64,000 nt of DNA from Albugo candida (lineage: Eukaryota): positions 1 through 64,000 of the forward strand of contig JBDOQK010000008.1 in the NCBI GenBank assembly GCA_040437565.1, read 5' to 3'. The position numbers were made by a program, and so were the translations under genes. The stretch's first letter is position 1. Each line of letters begins with the position of its first letter. This document shows positions 24,591 through 38,059 of this stretch, one piece after another. The notes below the pieces were generated by a model that worked only from the letters and a program-made list of their open reading frames with translations, was not told where the DNA came from and did not search any database.

Positions 24591-27456
24591 ACTTCTCAAT
24601 TTGCCGGGTACTACGTAACCCGCCAATTCAGTGCAAAAAAACTCGAAAAACTACCTTTTTCAACTCATTCCTCTCGAAAACAATGGTCCAAGTCGACATA
24701 TCGACACAACCAAGGGTGCTAACGTCCACTTGTAGTGACGTGGCAACCCTCATGAGTCACCCTATTTTGGGTGATTGCATGATTGTTGATGTGTCATCAC
24801 CCCTATGTGATGACGTAAAGTAACCCCACCCCCAGTGTGACGGTACAGGTTAATACCGGGGGTACATGCGGTACTGTCGTTGCCTCGTCACAGGGTGACT
24901 CAAAGGCAACTGCAAGTGTGGATGACACTAAAACTCTCACTTTGGCTGACCTTATCAAGTGACAGGAGTCCTTGCGTAAGGATCAGGCTAGAGCTCGGGC
25001 GAATTTTCGCCTGGAGCTCCCGAAGCCGAAAGCCTCGGACATCGAGTCTATTATGCGATTGTATGATGATGGACAACATCCCGAGTGGTCGGTTCTGGCA
25101 GAAAAGCTGGAGTCAGCGATGCCTTTTAAGGTCTCCAAAGCCACCTTTTCTATGACTCTGGAAAAAGGTCAAGCGTTGGTGCGTACACCAAACGGAAAAA
25201 TCCTGTCTTCCCTTATGAAAAATCAGGGGAATCCAGTTTTCGAGAGCCTACTGGAGAGCAAAGCCATTGCTCAAGTATCAAAGATGCCTGGTGGCAATCT
25301 TCGAGCGATGTTTTCCACCGAGGATGCGTGTCAACAGCTGGAGTGCCAGCGTATAACCATCCTCGGGTCTCAATACTTTTTTCGGGAGTACGATTATCTC
25401 GAATCAAAATACTACCTAGATATATTTGGAGTGGGCGTGGAGGAAGAACGTATCCCGATTTTACGTTCCCTTCACNNNNNNNNNNNNNNNNNNNNNNNNN
25501 NNNNNNNNNNNNNNNNNNNNNNNNNNNNNNNNNNNNNNNNNNNNNNNNNNNNNNNNNNNNNNNNNNNNNNNNNNNGTCTGTGACATTACACGATGCACGT
25601 GGACATACCAGCAATGACTATTCGACAGTGGCAATCGATGTTAAATCGATTTGTGCTTGGTCGAAAACACAAAAAAGATTCAAAAGATGTTCCCATACTC
25701 ATCAAAGAGTTTTTATATCTTCACCGACAAGATGGTGGACTACAAGTTCCTTTTTTGGTGGGAAGCTTAAAACTACAACGTAGTCAATTCCTTCAGCAGT
25801 TCGCATCCGACGCGTCAACAATCATTCCTGCGAATTGGACAACTGCTTCGACGGAATTATTACAACTTATCCAACCTTCCTTTGGAACACACAAGCCGAT
25901 GGATATATTCACCATCGCACCACATCGATGGGAAAATGGTTCACTGGGAAAGCACATCTTCATGGCGGAAACACGCATTTAAAAAAAAAATGTGGCACCA
26001 GATGGATTGGAGCATTTCAATATCAGACTTAAATGTTTCACAACGCCGTCAGTACTACATGGAACAACCGATGTAGTTTCACTGCGACCAAAAGTCACAT
26101 TACGAAGCTGCTACTAGTAATCCAAGTACGCAAAACGTTTGGTACAATCTTGGTATGGTGAACGAACCACATCGCACATTTCGGAAATCGTTCGCTACGC
26201 TTTTCGAGATGCGAAGTCTGCAAGACTTTTTTCGGAAAGGCGACATATGGCCAACGAAGGAAGATTTCGTCGCCAACTATTACAACGACGAAGAGCTGAA
26301 CACATCGGAAATGTCTGAAGAAAAGTTGCTGAGTCGACTTACAATGAAGTCACTCAGATTCTCCAGCGTATCCACTCGACGATTGGTATCATTACTTGGA
26401 TCACACCAACCACAAGTGGCAGATCGTTTTATATGAGAGTACAATGCAAGGAGACGAAACAATATTTTTTCATCTATTCCACACTCACAACTCTCACGAA
26501 TCGTCTGGAAACCTCCCGAACCAACCAAGAGTCATCCGATGTCGACACATTGGTCATCACGGGAGAGATCGGACGCACTGGATTCAGAACGAGTCCGAAC
26601 TTTTATGGCGACTTCAAGGCATCTTCGAAAACGTGTATTACCTATTGACGAAGATCTACAGTTTCGTCTATCCTTTCGTATGCTGCCGGTTCGATCTCGT
26701 TTCTGGTTCATAAAGGATATTCAGCCCGACATTATATTGTGCACGCAGCCTTCGTGTGGGGCAGTGGAATCCGATCAATATCTCTCTTCAAGGTGCGATC
26801 ACACGGCACAGTTATGGAGGGAGTTGCTTCCTAGTTGGGATCAGTTTTTCTCCTCTCGACCACCTTGGACGCATACTGCATGTGCAATCGTACCAGCACT
26901 ACGGTCAGATTGGAAAGCTTATCAGCAAATTATATCGGATGTATGGCTTGCATTGCAAGCGGTGACACTGCACTTGTTTTGGAAAGATCGGAATCGTCGT
27001 TTGTTCGATCATCGATCAGCAACTCCGACAGTTCCAGCACTTTCTGTGATCTACACCACGTTTAGTGCGCACGTTCCGTACTTTCGAAGACAGTGTTACG
27101 ACCACGAGGAACGCATTCGGCCTGCAAAGGTGCTGGATCAACTCGAAACGCAAGGATCATTTTGTGGACTTTCAGAAGCCGAAGATCATTACTGCGGGCA
27201 CGGCATAGACAAGTCAAAATACAAGTGCAACTCAGATCCTAGTCCTAGTTGGCTGGTTATGGTCACCGTAGTGTGGCGCACACCAATATACAAATCACGG
27301 TACTTTTGGACCATTTTTACAACTTTACAGCATTTACAAGCTGGATACAGTCTCGTGTTAAGGGTGCTGAGGCTACGACGATACGGGATTATCAACGAGA
27401 AGACATTTTATCATCTCTCACGAAAGGTTTTTTATATGTGTATATATGTTATCTAA
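24591..27456 (+). mobile_element. L1/Tx1-like LINE, copy 2 (ORF1 + 3' part of ORF2; disrupted)
   Basis: ORF1 from ATG 24683, with a premature stop at 24821 and continuation 24972-25475. After the gap: ORF2 LYLHRQDGGLQVP motif and zf-RVT-like CTQPSCGAVESDQYLSSRCDH, WKDRNRRLF. Endonuclease/RT core presumably lies in the under-sized gap. Confidence 0.85.
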
Positions 27457-27549
27457 GATAGCCTAGGCAACTAGAGAAGTCAGTTAGTCTAATCCTAGTA
27501 ATGTAGACACCTTCAACTGATGCTAGCATTCATACCGTCAGAATCAAGC

Positions 27550-28700
27550 GGCTGGTCCTAATGACGTCTGGCGGGTTACTGAAGTCTCTTTTTCGTCCCG
27601 ATTATAAGCGATCTTGTTATTTCACTTGTCTGATCTTCCCACCTCCGGCTTAAAGCACTGACCGAATTGCAAGGCCCAAGCTGCCTCTTATTCCTATACT
27701 AATCTGGAGACAGAGACTATCGGTCCAACTATCGCCGTTTTTATACTCGATCAAGATGCCAAATTTGACCCCAAAATCAAGGTGAATAGTCAATTTTATT
27801 CTCCCGATCCCCTACATACTGTTTAAACCGTTTTTGTTCGGTTCAGAAACTTTGTAATTCTTCCACCGATTCCTTGACCTCCAGTCATATAACTTAGTCG
27901 CCTATATATATTACTCTGGTACTATACTCTTCGGCTGTTTTGAAACTATCAACAGTGTCGATCGTATTGTACTCTCCTCATTCTACCTTTGAGCTTGAAA
28001 TATGTGTCGTAGGACACGCACTTGCATCATATCAGTGTCACATCTACATGTAATGATGGTTTCCCTCAGTTGGTCTTCAAATTAGGTTCCGATGTTCGCC
28101 AGGGCAGCCAATTCCCTCTGGTCTCCTCGCTATCATTATTGATTCCTTCCTTCCTTCTTTACATTCGATCGTACACCGATATGGCATTTATGGACATACC
28201 TCCTGCCATCCCCCTCACTTTTGCGCTAATCTCACTAGTCTTCTATCCGATCTTTGCCACGCACAGCCTATCTCCATCACTTCAATAACTTCTCCTCAGC
28301 GCTTCTTATGGCCTTGATTTTTTTCCAAATCAGTAATCCTTCTCGTTCTAACTTGGAACATACACCACAACACGCCTTCTTCTCGTCCACGCGACTCCGT
28401 GATGTTCGTGTTAGCGGCCTAAGATCGACCGCTAAACCCATTGGAATCTCTTATCGGTTCATTACCGTATGACTCCTTGGCGCTGGCGTGCCCGAACATA
28501 CCGAGGCAGATTCTTCATTTTCTCTGGCTTGAAAAACGACTCACGCTTGATATCGGAGAACCATTTGACACTACGTAGCATCACACAGTATGTATTGAGC
28601 TTCAGTTTGTCGCCAATTTAGTCATCATCGACTGAATTTCTGCCATTTTATCCGTTAACTACTTGAAATATGTTTCTGTTCCACTAATTGTAATATCTTA
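27550..28700 (+). mobile_element. Highly degenerate LINE reverse-transcriptase remnant
   Basis: FKLGSDVRQGSQFPL resembles RT motif GVRQGCPLSP. Upstream AGPND and FETINSVDR resemble the PGPDG and DFEKAFDRV motifs. Heavily frameshifted. Confidence 0.5.
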
Positions 28701-29821
28701 AGTGGTCGACCAGATCGATGGCATACCTCTTGGAATTGGATATAGACATTTTTGTCAGGTGCTTTATATTCATAAAAGTATAATGCAGAGGTACTCTCTT
28801 GTGCTCTAAATTACGTTGGATCATTCACACTCTGCTTAAATTAGCCGCGGTCTAATGTGCATACACTAGCATTATCAGACTGAGAAGAGCCTCGGTTTAG
28901 CATTGTCATCAACTCCGAATATTTCGATGTGAACATTTTTGTTCTTTTCTGTCGCTAATATTCTTCACGTTGATCACTTTTGTCTCTTCGTCGCCTAATT
29001 TAGTTACCCTCCTCATGGAATGAACTTAATCAAGCAATTCTCCATCATATTCCCCTATTTAGGGAAAAGCTAATAGCCGCGAAAACTTCGAGGAGAAAGC
29101 AACATTCTTCTTGCAGCACAATTCTAAGTAAGTAAAAGTACAGGTGCCGAAATTTGCAAAGGTTTTGTAGGGGCCCTCATGGTTTATACTTCATAGGCTT
29201 TTGTAACACGGATAGCCAGTACGTCTAGAGTCTGGCATTGCATAGAATTCAGCCGCTTTCTTTTATCAATGGCTACACTATTGACAATGAGAGCTAGCAA
29301 TAATTGGGATTAATACAGAATAGCCGCACGCTAATTGGTCAATTACCCGTAGATAGAAGTTGGAACATGACTGGAGTGAAGCACAAGTCAAAATGCAATT
29401 CTCGGTCTCGCCAACCTTATAAAAAGAGCAATGCAAGTGTTACACCACGCAAAATGAAGAATCGCAATGTTGGAACGCCAGTTCCACAGAAAAGCGATGA
29501 AGTTGAAATTGATGAAGACGACATCGCGTACTTTGAAGCTAATAAAAGCTCTTCCTCGTTTCTGTTACAGCTGAACGAGAAAACTTTGAGGTAGGTGCAT
29601 CGCCACCTTTAGNNNNNNNNNNNNNNNNNNNNNNNNNNNNNNNNNNNNNNNNNNNNNNNNNNNNNNNNNNNNNNNNNNNNNNNNNNNNNNNNNNNNNNNN
29701 NNNNNNNNNNNNTTCTTTTATCAATGGCTACACTATTGACAATGAGAGCTAGCAATAATTGGGATTAATACAGAATAGCCGCACGCTAATTGGTCAATTA
29801 CCCGTAGATAGAAGTTGGAAC

Positions 29822-32524
29822 ATGACTGGAGTGAAGCACAAGTCAAAATGCAATTCTCGGTCTCGCCAACCTTATAAAAAGAGCAATGCAAGTGTTACAC
29901 CACGCAAAATGAAGAATCGCAATGTTGGAACGCCAGTTCCACAGAAAAGCGATGAAGTTGAAATTGATGAAGACGACATCGCGTACTTTGAAGCTAATAA
30001 AAGCTCTTCCTCGTTTCTGTTACAGCTGAACGAGAAAACTTTGAGGTAGGTGCATCGCCACCTTTAGAAAATAATTAATATAGTCATTCATATTACTGAT
30101 TTGAAATAGGTCTGACGATGTCAAAGAGCCGAAACAGAAAGAAGTTGTGTCTCTGGAGGAAATTGAGTCGAAGAGTCGAAAAGCGGCATGGAACAAGAAA
30201 AGTCAACAGCTGGAGAATAGACTCACGCAGAAGCTACCGCTGAAAAACTGGCTGGATGGAAGTGTTTTACCGAACCGGCAGTTGATACAAGATCTGGAGG
30301 AAGATTGTCACAATTCTGCTAGCGAGGAGACTCAGCCCGAGATCAAAGTAGATACCAATGAACAAGAAGAAAGGAAAGCTGGTCGGTTCTTGCTCAATGA
30401 TTCGCCCGAAGAAATCATGAAGACGTCAAGCGTCCAAATGAATTCGACAAAAATGGAGTCTTTAGCCGAATTAGAAGTTCTCCGAGAGCTTCGTATTAGT
30501 TCCAGAAAAGTGAAAATTGCCGAACTATGTGAAAGCATTTTGGAAAATCCCGAAGAAGCGCTTCGAAAACGTAAAGACCATCCCGAGCGCTGGAGCAAGC
30601 TAGAAGAGCTTCATCATGAGGGTATTTTGCAAGAACAAGATATCGTAATCCGTCAATTAGCGATGCTGTCAGAGCTTGCGATATTTTTGGATATTTTACC
30701 GGAATATCGTATTCGAACTCCCTCTGAAGCTGACATGGAAACAAAAGTAGGGAAGCCTTTGTTGAAGAAAAAAGTACAGTCGCTACTTGAATCCGAGGTT
30801 AGCTTACTACACGGCTATCAGACATTTCTCAAGTACTGCTCAAGCTTCGTCACCAATGCAGCCAAAAAAAAAGTGACCCCAGGTGTGGCCACACCCGCAG
30901 CAGCTCCTTCGAGTATGTCTTCAGCCGAACATCCATTGATAGAGACAGCAGTCAAGTGTCTGACGGAGTTACTGAAAGCAAAGTACTCATTCAACTTCCA
31001 TCTGGATCTTGTAAAGACTCTAATTCCTCTGGCCGATTCATCGTCCGGAACAATACGGCGGATGGCTTGTGATGCCTTCAAAGCGGTATTTTGTGCGGAT
31101 AAAACATACCGAGTCTCTTCAAATATCGTGCAACAATTTGCTGCATACATCAGCCGGAAGAATTATCGAATCAAACGTGATATCGTGGACAGTCTGCTCG
31201 TTTTACCACTCGATGTGACTATGCAAGCGGGCGAAAATGCACGAAAGCATGTCAAGTCAGATCGTAAGAAACGTCGGAAGTTGAAAAAGCATGGTGATAG
31301 CATCAAAATGGGACTCAAGGAAGCCGAAGCGGTCGTTGACCCAGCTGAACGATCTAGAGCACAAGCAGATATCCTCCACGAAATTGTTTTGATATATTTC
31401 CGAATATTGAAGCAANNNNNNNNNNNNNNNNNNNNNNNNNNNNNNNNNNNNNNNNNNNNNNNNNNNNNNNNNNNNNNNNNNNNNNNNNNNNNNNNNNNNN
31501 NNNNNNNNNNNNNNNTCGGAAGTTGAAAAAGCATGGTGATAGCATCAAAATGGGACTCAAGGAAGCCGAAGCGGTCGTTGATCCAGCTGAACGATCTAGA
31601 GCACAAGCAGATATCCTCCACGAAATTGTTCTGATTTATTTCCGAATATTGAAGCAATCATGTGATTCTCAGATCATTCCATCTGTTCTTGAAGGTCTAA
31701 GCAAATTTGGCAATTTAATCAATCTGGACATTTTAATCGATCTGCTCAACCTTCTCAAATCTTTACTACAGAGAGATGTACTCTCATTAGTACCTGCATT
31801 TCACGCGATTCTTATGGGAGTCAGAGCACTTCAGGGTCCGGGACAAGAGCTCATGATTGATGAAAAAGATTTTGTGGACGCATTATATTTTCAATTTGGA
31901 AAACTAGCATACGACCTTGCGTGTACAAATGAAAAAAATGACTCTATAACGGTGGCTATGTCGTGTATGAACGTTGTATTTCTACGACGAAAGGAGCTCA
32001 CATTCGATCGAGTTGGCGCCTTCATCAAACGGATGTTGATAATCTCTTTATCAGCGGCACCACATCAGACTCTAGCGATACTGGCTACCATCAGAAGTCT
32101 ATTTAATCGTTACTCAAAGCTTCATCAATTGCTGGAAAGCGAAGTAGACCGTGTTGCATCCGGCGAATACCGAGCCGATGTGCAAGATCCGGACTTTGCA
32201 AATCCTTTCTCGAGCGCTTGCTGGGATCTGAGTCTATTAAAACGTCATTACCATCCCTTTGTCGCTTCATTTGCTAGCGAAACTGTGCAGGCAACACCAA
32301 ATCTGCCTTCCGAAATGTCGCTGGCACTTTTGAAACGCTACGATACCACAGCGACAGGGCTATTCGTTCCCCCCGTTGCGATTCCAATGCAAAATCCGCT
32401 CCATGGAAAAATAAAATGTCAGCAGTCAAGAAAGCGGAAGCGATCGAATGACCCGTATCGTGTTTTCATTGCGAATCCCATAACAAAGTCACCATTTCTT
32501 GAGTTTTGTCTCAAGTCAACATAG
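29822..32524 (+). CDS. NOC3: Nucleolar complex protein 3 (NOC3/CBF-Mak21 family)
   Basis: Exon 29822-30045, GT-AG intron, then long ORF (IFLDILPEYRIR, FNFHLDL, YFRILK, LEGLSKFGNLINLD, HYHPFV). Spans an N-gap with a duplicated 141 bp overlap. Confidence 0.9.
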
Positions 32525-34652
32525 ATAAAGCAAAAAATAAGATGCTTGAGTTCGAATTGCTGACTGCACCGCTACCGGGCTCCAAGGTTCGTCTGGTTAG
32601 AATTATGTGGCTGGAATGGTACTCTCCATTTTCTGCAACATCTTCCATCAATCGATCACTTCGACAGATATGACCGGATACTTCGAAGCTTCCCTCCACT
32701 CCTCCTCCTTTTTAAGTATATTATTCTTACAAAAAAAGTCAAGACGAGCATTTCGTGGAATGCATACGCATCAATAATAAGCGGCCTCCATGCACATTTG
32801 CTACACGCATGAAACGTGACTATCAAAATATGAATACCGTGTCACATTGTCTGGAGCAACATTATTCCAGAGCACGAGCAAGATCATGACGGGAAGTACT
32901 CGAGGCCTTTTCCACTTTAATAACGATTTCCGACCGTTATAGAGTAAGGATCCATTCGAGATTGTTCAAAGCCAAGAAGCTTCTATATAGCCGTCCAGAA
33001 ACCTGACATTATCCATCAAGGCAGCGGACTCTCTCCACCATGATATTTCGGTATGCATCACAGTATGGAGCTTGTACATAGACGTTTGACTATTGAGCTG
33101 CTCTAATTCCGATGAAGCAGCTCATACTGGCTATAGTAGTCTAAGTGGTGAAGACCCAGGCACCACCAGCGATGCTGCTTGCACGGTCTACAATATCGTT
33201 ATAAAGTCCTCTGTTTCATACGGCTGTAACTAATAATATATCACAATGGAGTCTCAGAGACGCCAACTGTGTTGATGATTTTTCTTAGCTGGTGCACGAA
33301 GTATTTATTTGCACTCCAGTGCTATGGCTTACGGCAGGGCGTGATCGACCTCGAAACGAAAATCAAAGTGCGCTTTGTGTTTTCGAGCCAATACAACCAA
33401 TACTAACGGAAGGTCAAACGGGCTGTGTGTCTTTCAGCCTGATGCTCTTATGATCTGACCTTTTGATGACAAGAAGATTTAAATGCAAGCACTGTACGGG
33501 ACTTGTATCTTTGTGTCACCGAAATACCACCAAGCGATATTGATATACTTTTGGACAAGAGATAATAGCAGGCATGGAATAAAGTTGAAGGAGGACATCC
33601 CGAATACGAACCACACTCATTACGGCTGTCCTAAGCACCTTTGACTGCAAGACACTAGATCATGCAAAATCCACACCAATATAAAAAAATTGCAACTCGA
33701 AGGTTCCACCTTCGACGCGTCAAGCCGAGGTTGATTTACATCGGAAGTTCGATTAGTCGAGAAAGAGATAGGGGGTGTTTATGACCATTTTTTTTACCAT
33801 TTGTGATTGAAAACATGATAAAATATCAAAATCCATTACATCGCACCCCATCCACGAAACCTTGAACGAAACCTGCCATAAGAGAATAGGACCGCGAAGG
33901 AGAAGGTAGTGCATGATCTCCTGACGAGCACCTAGGATGTGCGTTGTGATGCTAATCTACTAGCATATTCGTCTGACCGTGCAGGCTCTTGAATGAAGGG
34001 GGCAGCATATCTGAGTCCCCGAGATGCCGCTGCCTGCCGCGGACAATCACATTATCTCAGCAGCACAGACAGGATCAATACTGGTGGGATGCCCTGACAC
34101 CGCTTGCTATATCCCTTGGTGTAAAATGTGCGTCGATTTCGTTTCTCATTATCGCACTTGAAACATATCGATAAGTGAACTTAATGCCACATCAAGCTAT
34201 GATGAGCTATTTTATATAGACGCGACCATTATAAGACTATCTTGACTCATCCACATCCTGCACCACTCTTAAATCTTGACCTGTTTGACAATAGATGTCG
34301 CTCCTGCTGCAAAGCTTTATTATACCGACATCAAAGACTCGACCATCACGCATTACCAAAAGCTCTCAAAGTTGAGCTCATATGCGAGCAACAGCGGCTG
34401 TTGTTGGCATCAACTTGACCAGTTGGCAGTGTTTCTCTGATTACACATTGCAGCATGTAACGATTCCGCATCAAGTATGGTGGCCATAACCGCTTTCAGA
34501 TCTACGCACATCATAACCTAGGAGCTACTGTGCAAGGCTTATAATAATCTACAAGGTCTTTGACAAGTTAGCGTGTGGTACATGAATTTCAGTATTGCTC
34601 GCATTTACGATTGCAAGAAAACCCTAATTGTGATGACCTAGAATATCAAACT

Positions 34653-37600
34653 ATGCGCGTCGTTAGTCTCATTGATGTCGATTTACATTCCGTGGAAAAT
34701 GTATCATTACTGTCAGAAGCGCATCCCGAATATGTCGAACAAATGAATCTTCATGGAAATCATCTCAAAACCTTAGATGGGATCGAGCAATTTCAAAGGA
34801 TAAGCGAGCTGTGTGCTTCAAATAACTGCATTGAGGTACGATGAAATGTCTGTTGTACATGGTGATTTCAGTTTGACTATGTTAGTCGATATCCTCAGTC
34901 CATAACCTGCGCTACTTGCGAGTCCTGGACCTGTCTGCCAACAGCATATCATCTTTAGAGCACCTTTCCGTTATACCCACGTTGGAAGAATTGGCACTGG
35001 CGCATAATCGGTAAGTCTATACTATCCGATCACCTGCAAAAAAAAATCTTGATTTTCCATCTCAGCATTCCAGAGATCAATGGCTTTATCAATCCACTTA
35101 AATTCCCGAATCTTGTATACCTGGACCTACGAAACAATGCAATACAAGCCTATGATGATCTTCAAGCTCTTACTCAATATAGGGTGCGATACACGTGAGC
35201 GCTTTATGAATGCTAACACTGCTTTCCATACCAGAGCCTCTCGCATCTACGATTACAAGGAAACCCTATCTGTGATCATTCAGAGTACCCCCTCCCAATT
35301 CTTGCTGGTGTGCCTTTCTTACGCTTGATCGATCAAGAAGAATGCGAGACATTCAAGGAGATGGAAAATCTTCACATGCCGAGATATGCTACAATTTTGC
35401 GAGACTATAAGCAAAGATGGGTGGAGTGTAAGCACAATGCAGATTTAAGTAATACGCCTTCAAAGACAAAGTCGGCTAAGGGTGCGAGAAATCACCTCAG
35501 CTCCAAACAATTATCCACACAGAAAAAAAGTCAGGAAAGTATCCTGTCGGAATCCCAAACCGAAATGAAATGCCAAAAATTTGTCAAGGACGACGACAAG
35601 GGAAAAGATACAGAACTAACAAAAAATGATGCGGCAACAAATACAGATGCTGATTACGAAAGGGAAATTGAAGCAACGCGGAAGCAGGTGATTGCTCTTG
35701 AACGTAAATACTCGGAAAGTGAGAAATCTTCTGAAGATCGGCAGCAGCAGCTACTTTGTTTAGAGAAGATTCAGCAAACAAGGATATCGCAATTAGAATG
35801 CGAAGTCGACAGAGTCAATAGTGAATTTGAAAAATCTGAATCCATCATTACATGTCTTCGTGGTGAAGCACAGAAACTCCAGCTCAGAATCGGAGAATTG
35901 AATGCAGAGATACATTTGCGCAAAGAATTCGAGGAACACTCAACCTCTGTCAGCAGAGACACTGATATGAAAATATTGTTCGCTGAGCTAAAATCCGAAG
36001 CAGGAAAGACTCTTACCTCACTCCGAAAAGAGTTTGCAAAACTGGTCAAAGAATTCGACCACGAACAGAGACAGCTCGGAGCTACTGAAAAGAATCGTGG
36101 AAGTTGTACAAATCATTGCAATGAACTGGAAGCTTGCAAAATGCTACTTCTAAGCAGTCAAGATGCCATGGCACGCCTGGAAAAAAGATTAGAGGAATCT
36201 GCGGCTGAATCAAGAACAGATCCCGTGGAAATCCTGCCGTCTGCAAAGCATGAAGAGCTTTCAAATCTAAGACATCGATTTGATTCTTTGAAGCAGAGAT
36301 TGGTGCAAAACAAAGTTCTTCTTACAAAAAAGAATGCCGACATGGAGCATCTGTTACAGTTGCTGGAGGTCAGAAATCACGAATGTGATACTCTTAGAAG
36401 GCAAAACCAAGATCTTTTGCATATGCATGAGAACTTTTCAGCACGACAAATGCAAGTTTTTGAAAACCAACTCTCAGCCAAGTTGGGCATTGCTGAGTCT
36501 GAATTTCGCAAAGACTTTGAGCGATGGAAATGTGAGAAAGATACATTGACAAAACGTTTAGAGTCTTTAAGTCACAAACACCAGATGCAAATTTCCGCTC
36601 TGCAATGGGCGGAGAAGAAAGAAGCAAAGTGGCGACGAAAAGTAGCAAACGTAGAAAAAAGAAACCTATGCATAGCAACAAGAAACGAAATTCAAGAAAA
36701 GGAGACACCGCCCCAATTTGAGAAGCTCGAGCAGCAAATTGAAAACCTTAGGCGGGAGCTCATTCATGCTCAGCAGGAAAGAGATGATGTCAAAAAGGCG
36801 CATGCATCGTGCTCTGATACGCGTGACAAAGTAGTTATTCTGCAAAATGAGAATGATCAACTAGTCCTGCTGGCAAAAGAGCAAAAGGAGCAAGAGGAGC
36901 AGACTGCATCAGACTGGAAAAGGAAACAAGACGATTGGGAAGCTACAATCAAGATCAAGGACGTGATGATAACTGCTCAGTCTCGTCAAATCGATAATAT
37001 AAGGCAGCAAAGTGATGAAGGAGAAGTCGAACACAGCAAAGAGAGATCTTATCTACTTGCCCAGATAAGTGAGTTGGAGTCGACGTTAGATGAGCATATA
37101 CAGACGCTCGATGATTACCGGCACAAGATTACTGGGTTGAAACAAGAACGTCGGGAATTGATTTCTAGACTACAGACAGCAGAAGAACTTTCTTCTGTAT
37201 CAAGATCCAAGTTTTTAGAAGCCAAAAAGACGATTGAGGCATTGAAGATGGAGCTCGAAAACCTGCGGATCAGTAGCGGGAAAGAAAAATGCTCCCTTCA
37301 GGGGCTTTTGACCGAACAAGTAGAGATCACGCGGCGTAAATTAGAAGAGCAGTCACAACGTATGCAGAAGACATATGAGGATTGGAAGATACAGGAGGAA
37401 GGTAATCGAAAGAAAATACTAGATGACTGTATGCACCTTCAACGTCAAGTAAAAAAAGTCAATGAAGAAAAGGAACAGCTTACTGCTCATTTGAAGGCTG
37501 CCAGAACGCAATTGGCGCAGAATGACCGCGATTTACGTGTTCTCATCACTCAGGTATGACTTGAAATCCTTTTTTTCTGTCAGAATTAGACCACTTTGAC

Positions 37601-37691
37601 GCAACGTCTCTCGCAGCTTGAGCGTGAACGTCACCTGAAAAAAAGCAGTCTAAAGCACATCAAATCGCTATTTGATCAACTATCTCCTTGA
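34653..37691 (+). CDS. LRRCC1: LRR + long coiled-coil protein (LRRCC1/VFL1-like centrosomal/basal body protein)
   Basis: SDS22-type LRRs (LNLHGNHLKTLDGI, LDLSANSISSL, LDLRNNAI, LRLQGNPIC) over exons split by 50-55 bp GT-AG introns, followed by ~750 aa coiled coil. Last exon 37617-37691. Orthology is inferred. Confidence 0.7.
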
Positions 37692-38059
37692 ACTCAGACA
37701 CTGTTCTACCTAACGAGCAATGCCAATTGTTCATGATCGACGACTTAGTGACAAGGACTAATTCGGCTGATCATTTCAAGTAAACATCGGGGAAGAAAAC
37801 CACGTGGTTATTGTGCGAGTGCGAGTTTATTGCTCAACCTCTCAGTCTTTGGTGGCTAGTTCAGTACATACATTTATGATATGTTTCATTGCAATTAAGT
37901 TGTCAGCTGCTCGTATATTGACAGTCTTTTACCCGAAAAATGCATGACTCTATGTATGATTCTGATGAAGTCTAATCATACTTCATGATGATTTTCACTA
38001 TTATTTCCTCAGTTCGGCGTCTAATACACACTAATCGCACTGGTCTGTACGCAACCAGA

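Noticed and set aside
29259..30067. Duplicated NOC3 promoter/exon 1 (two identical 96-aa ORFs)
   Set aside because: Exact duplication across a 100-N gap: artefact, not a second gene.
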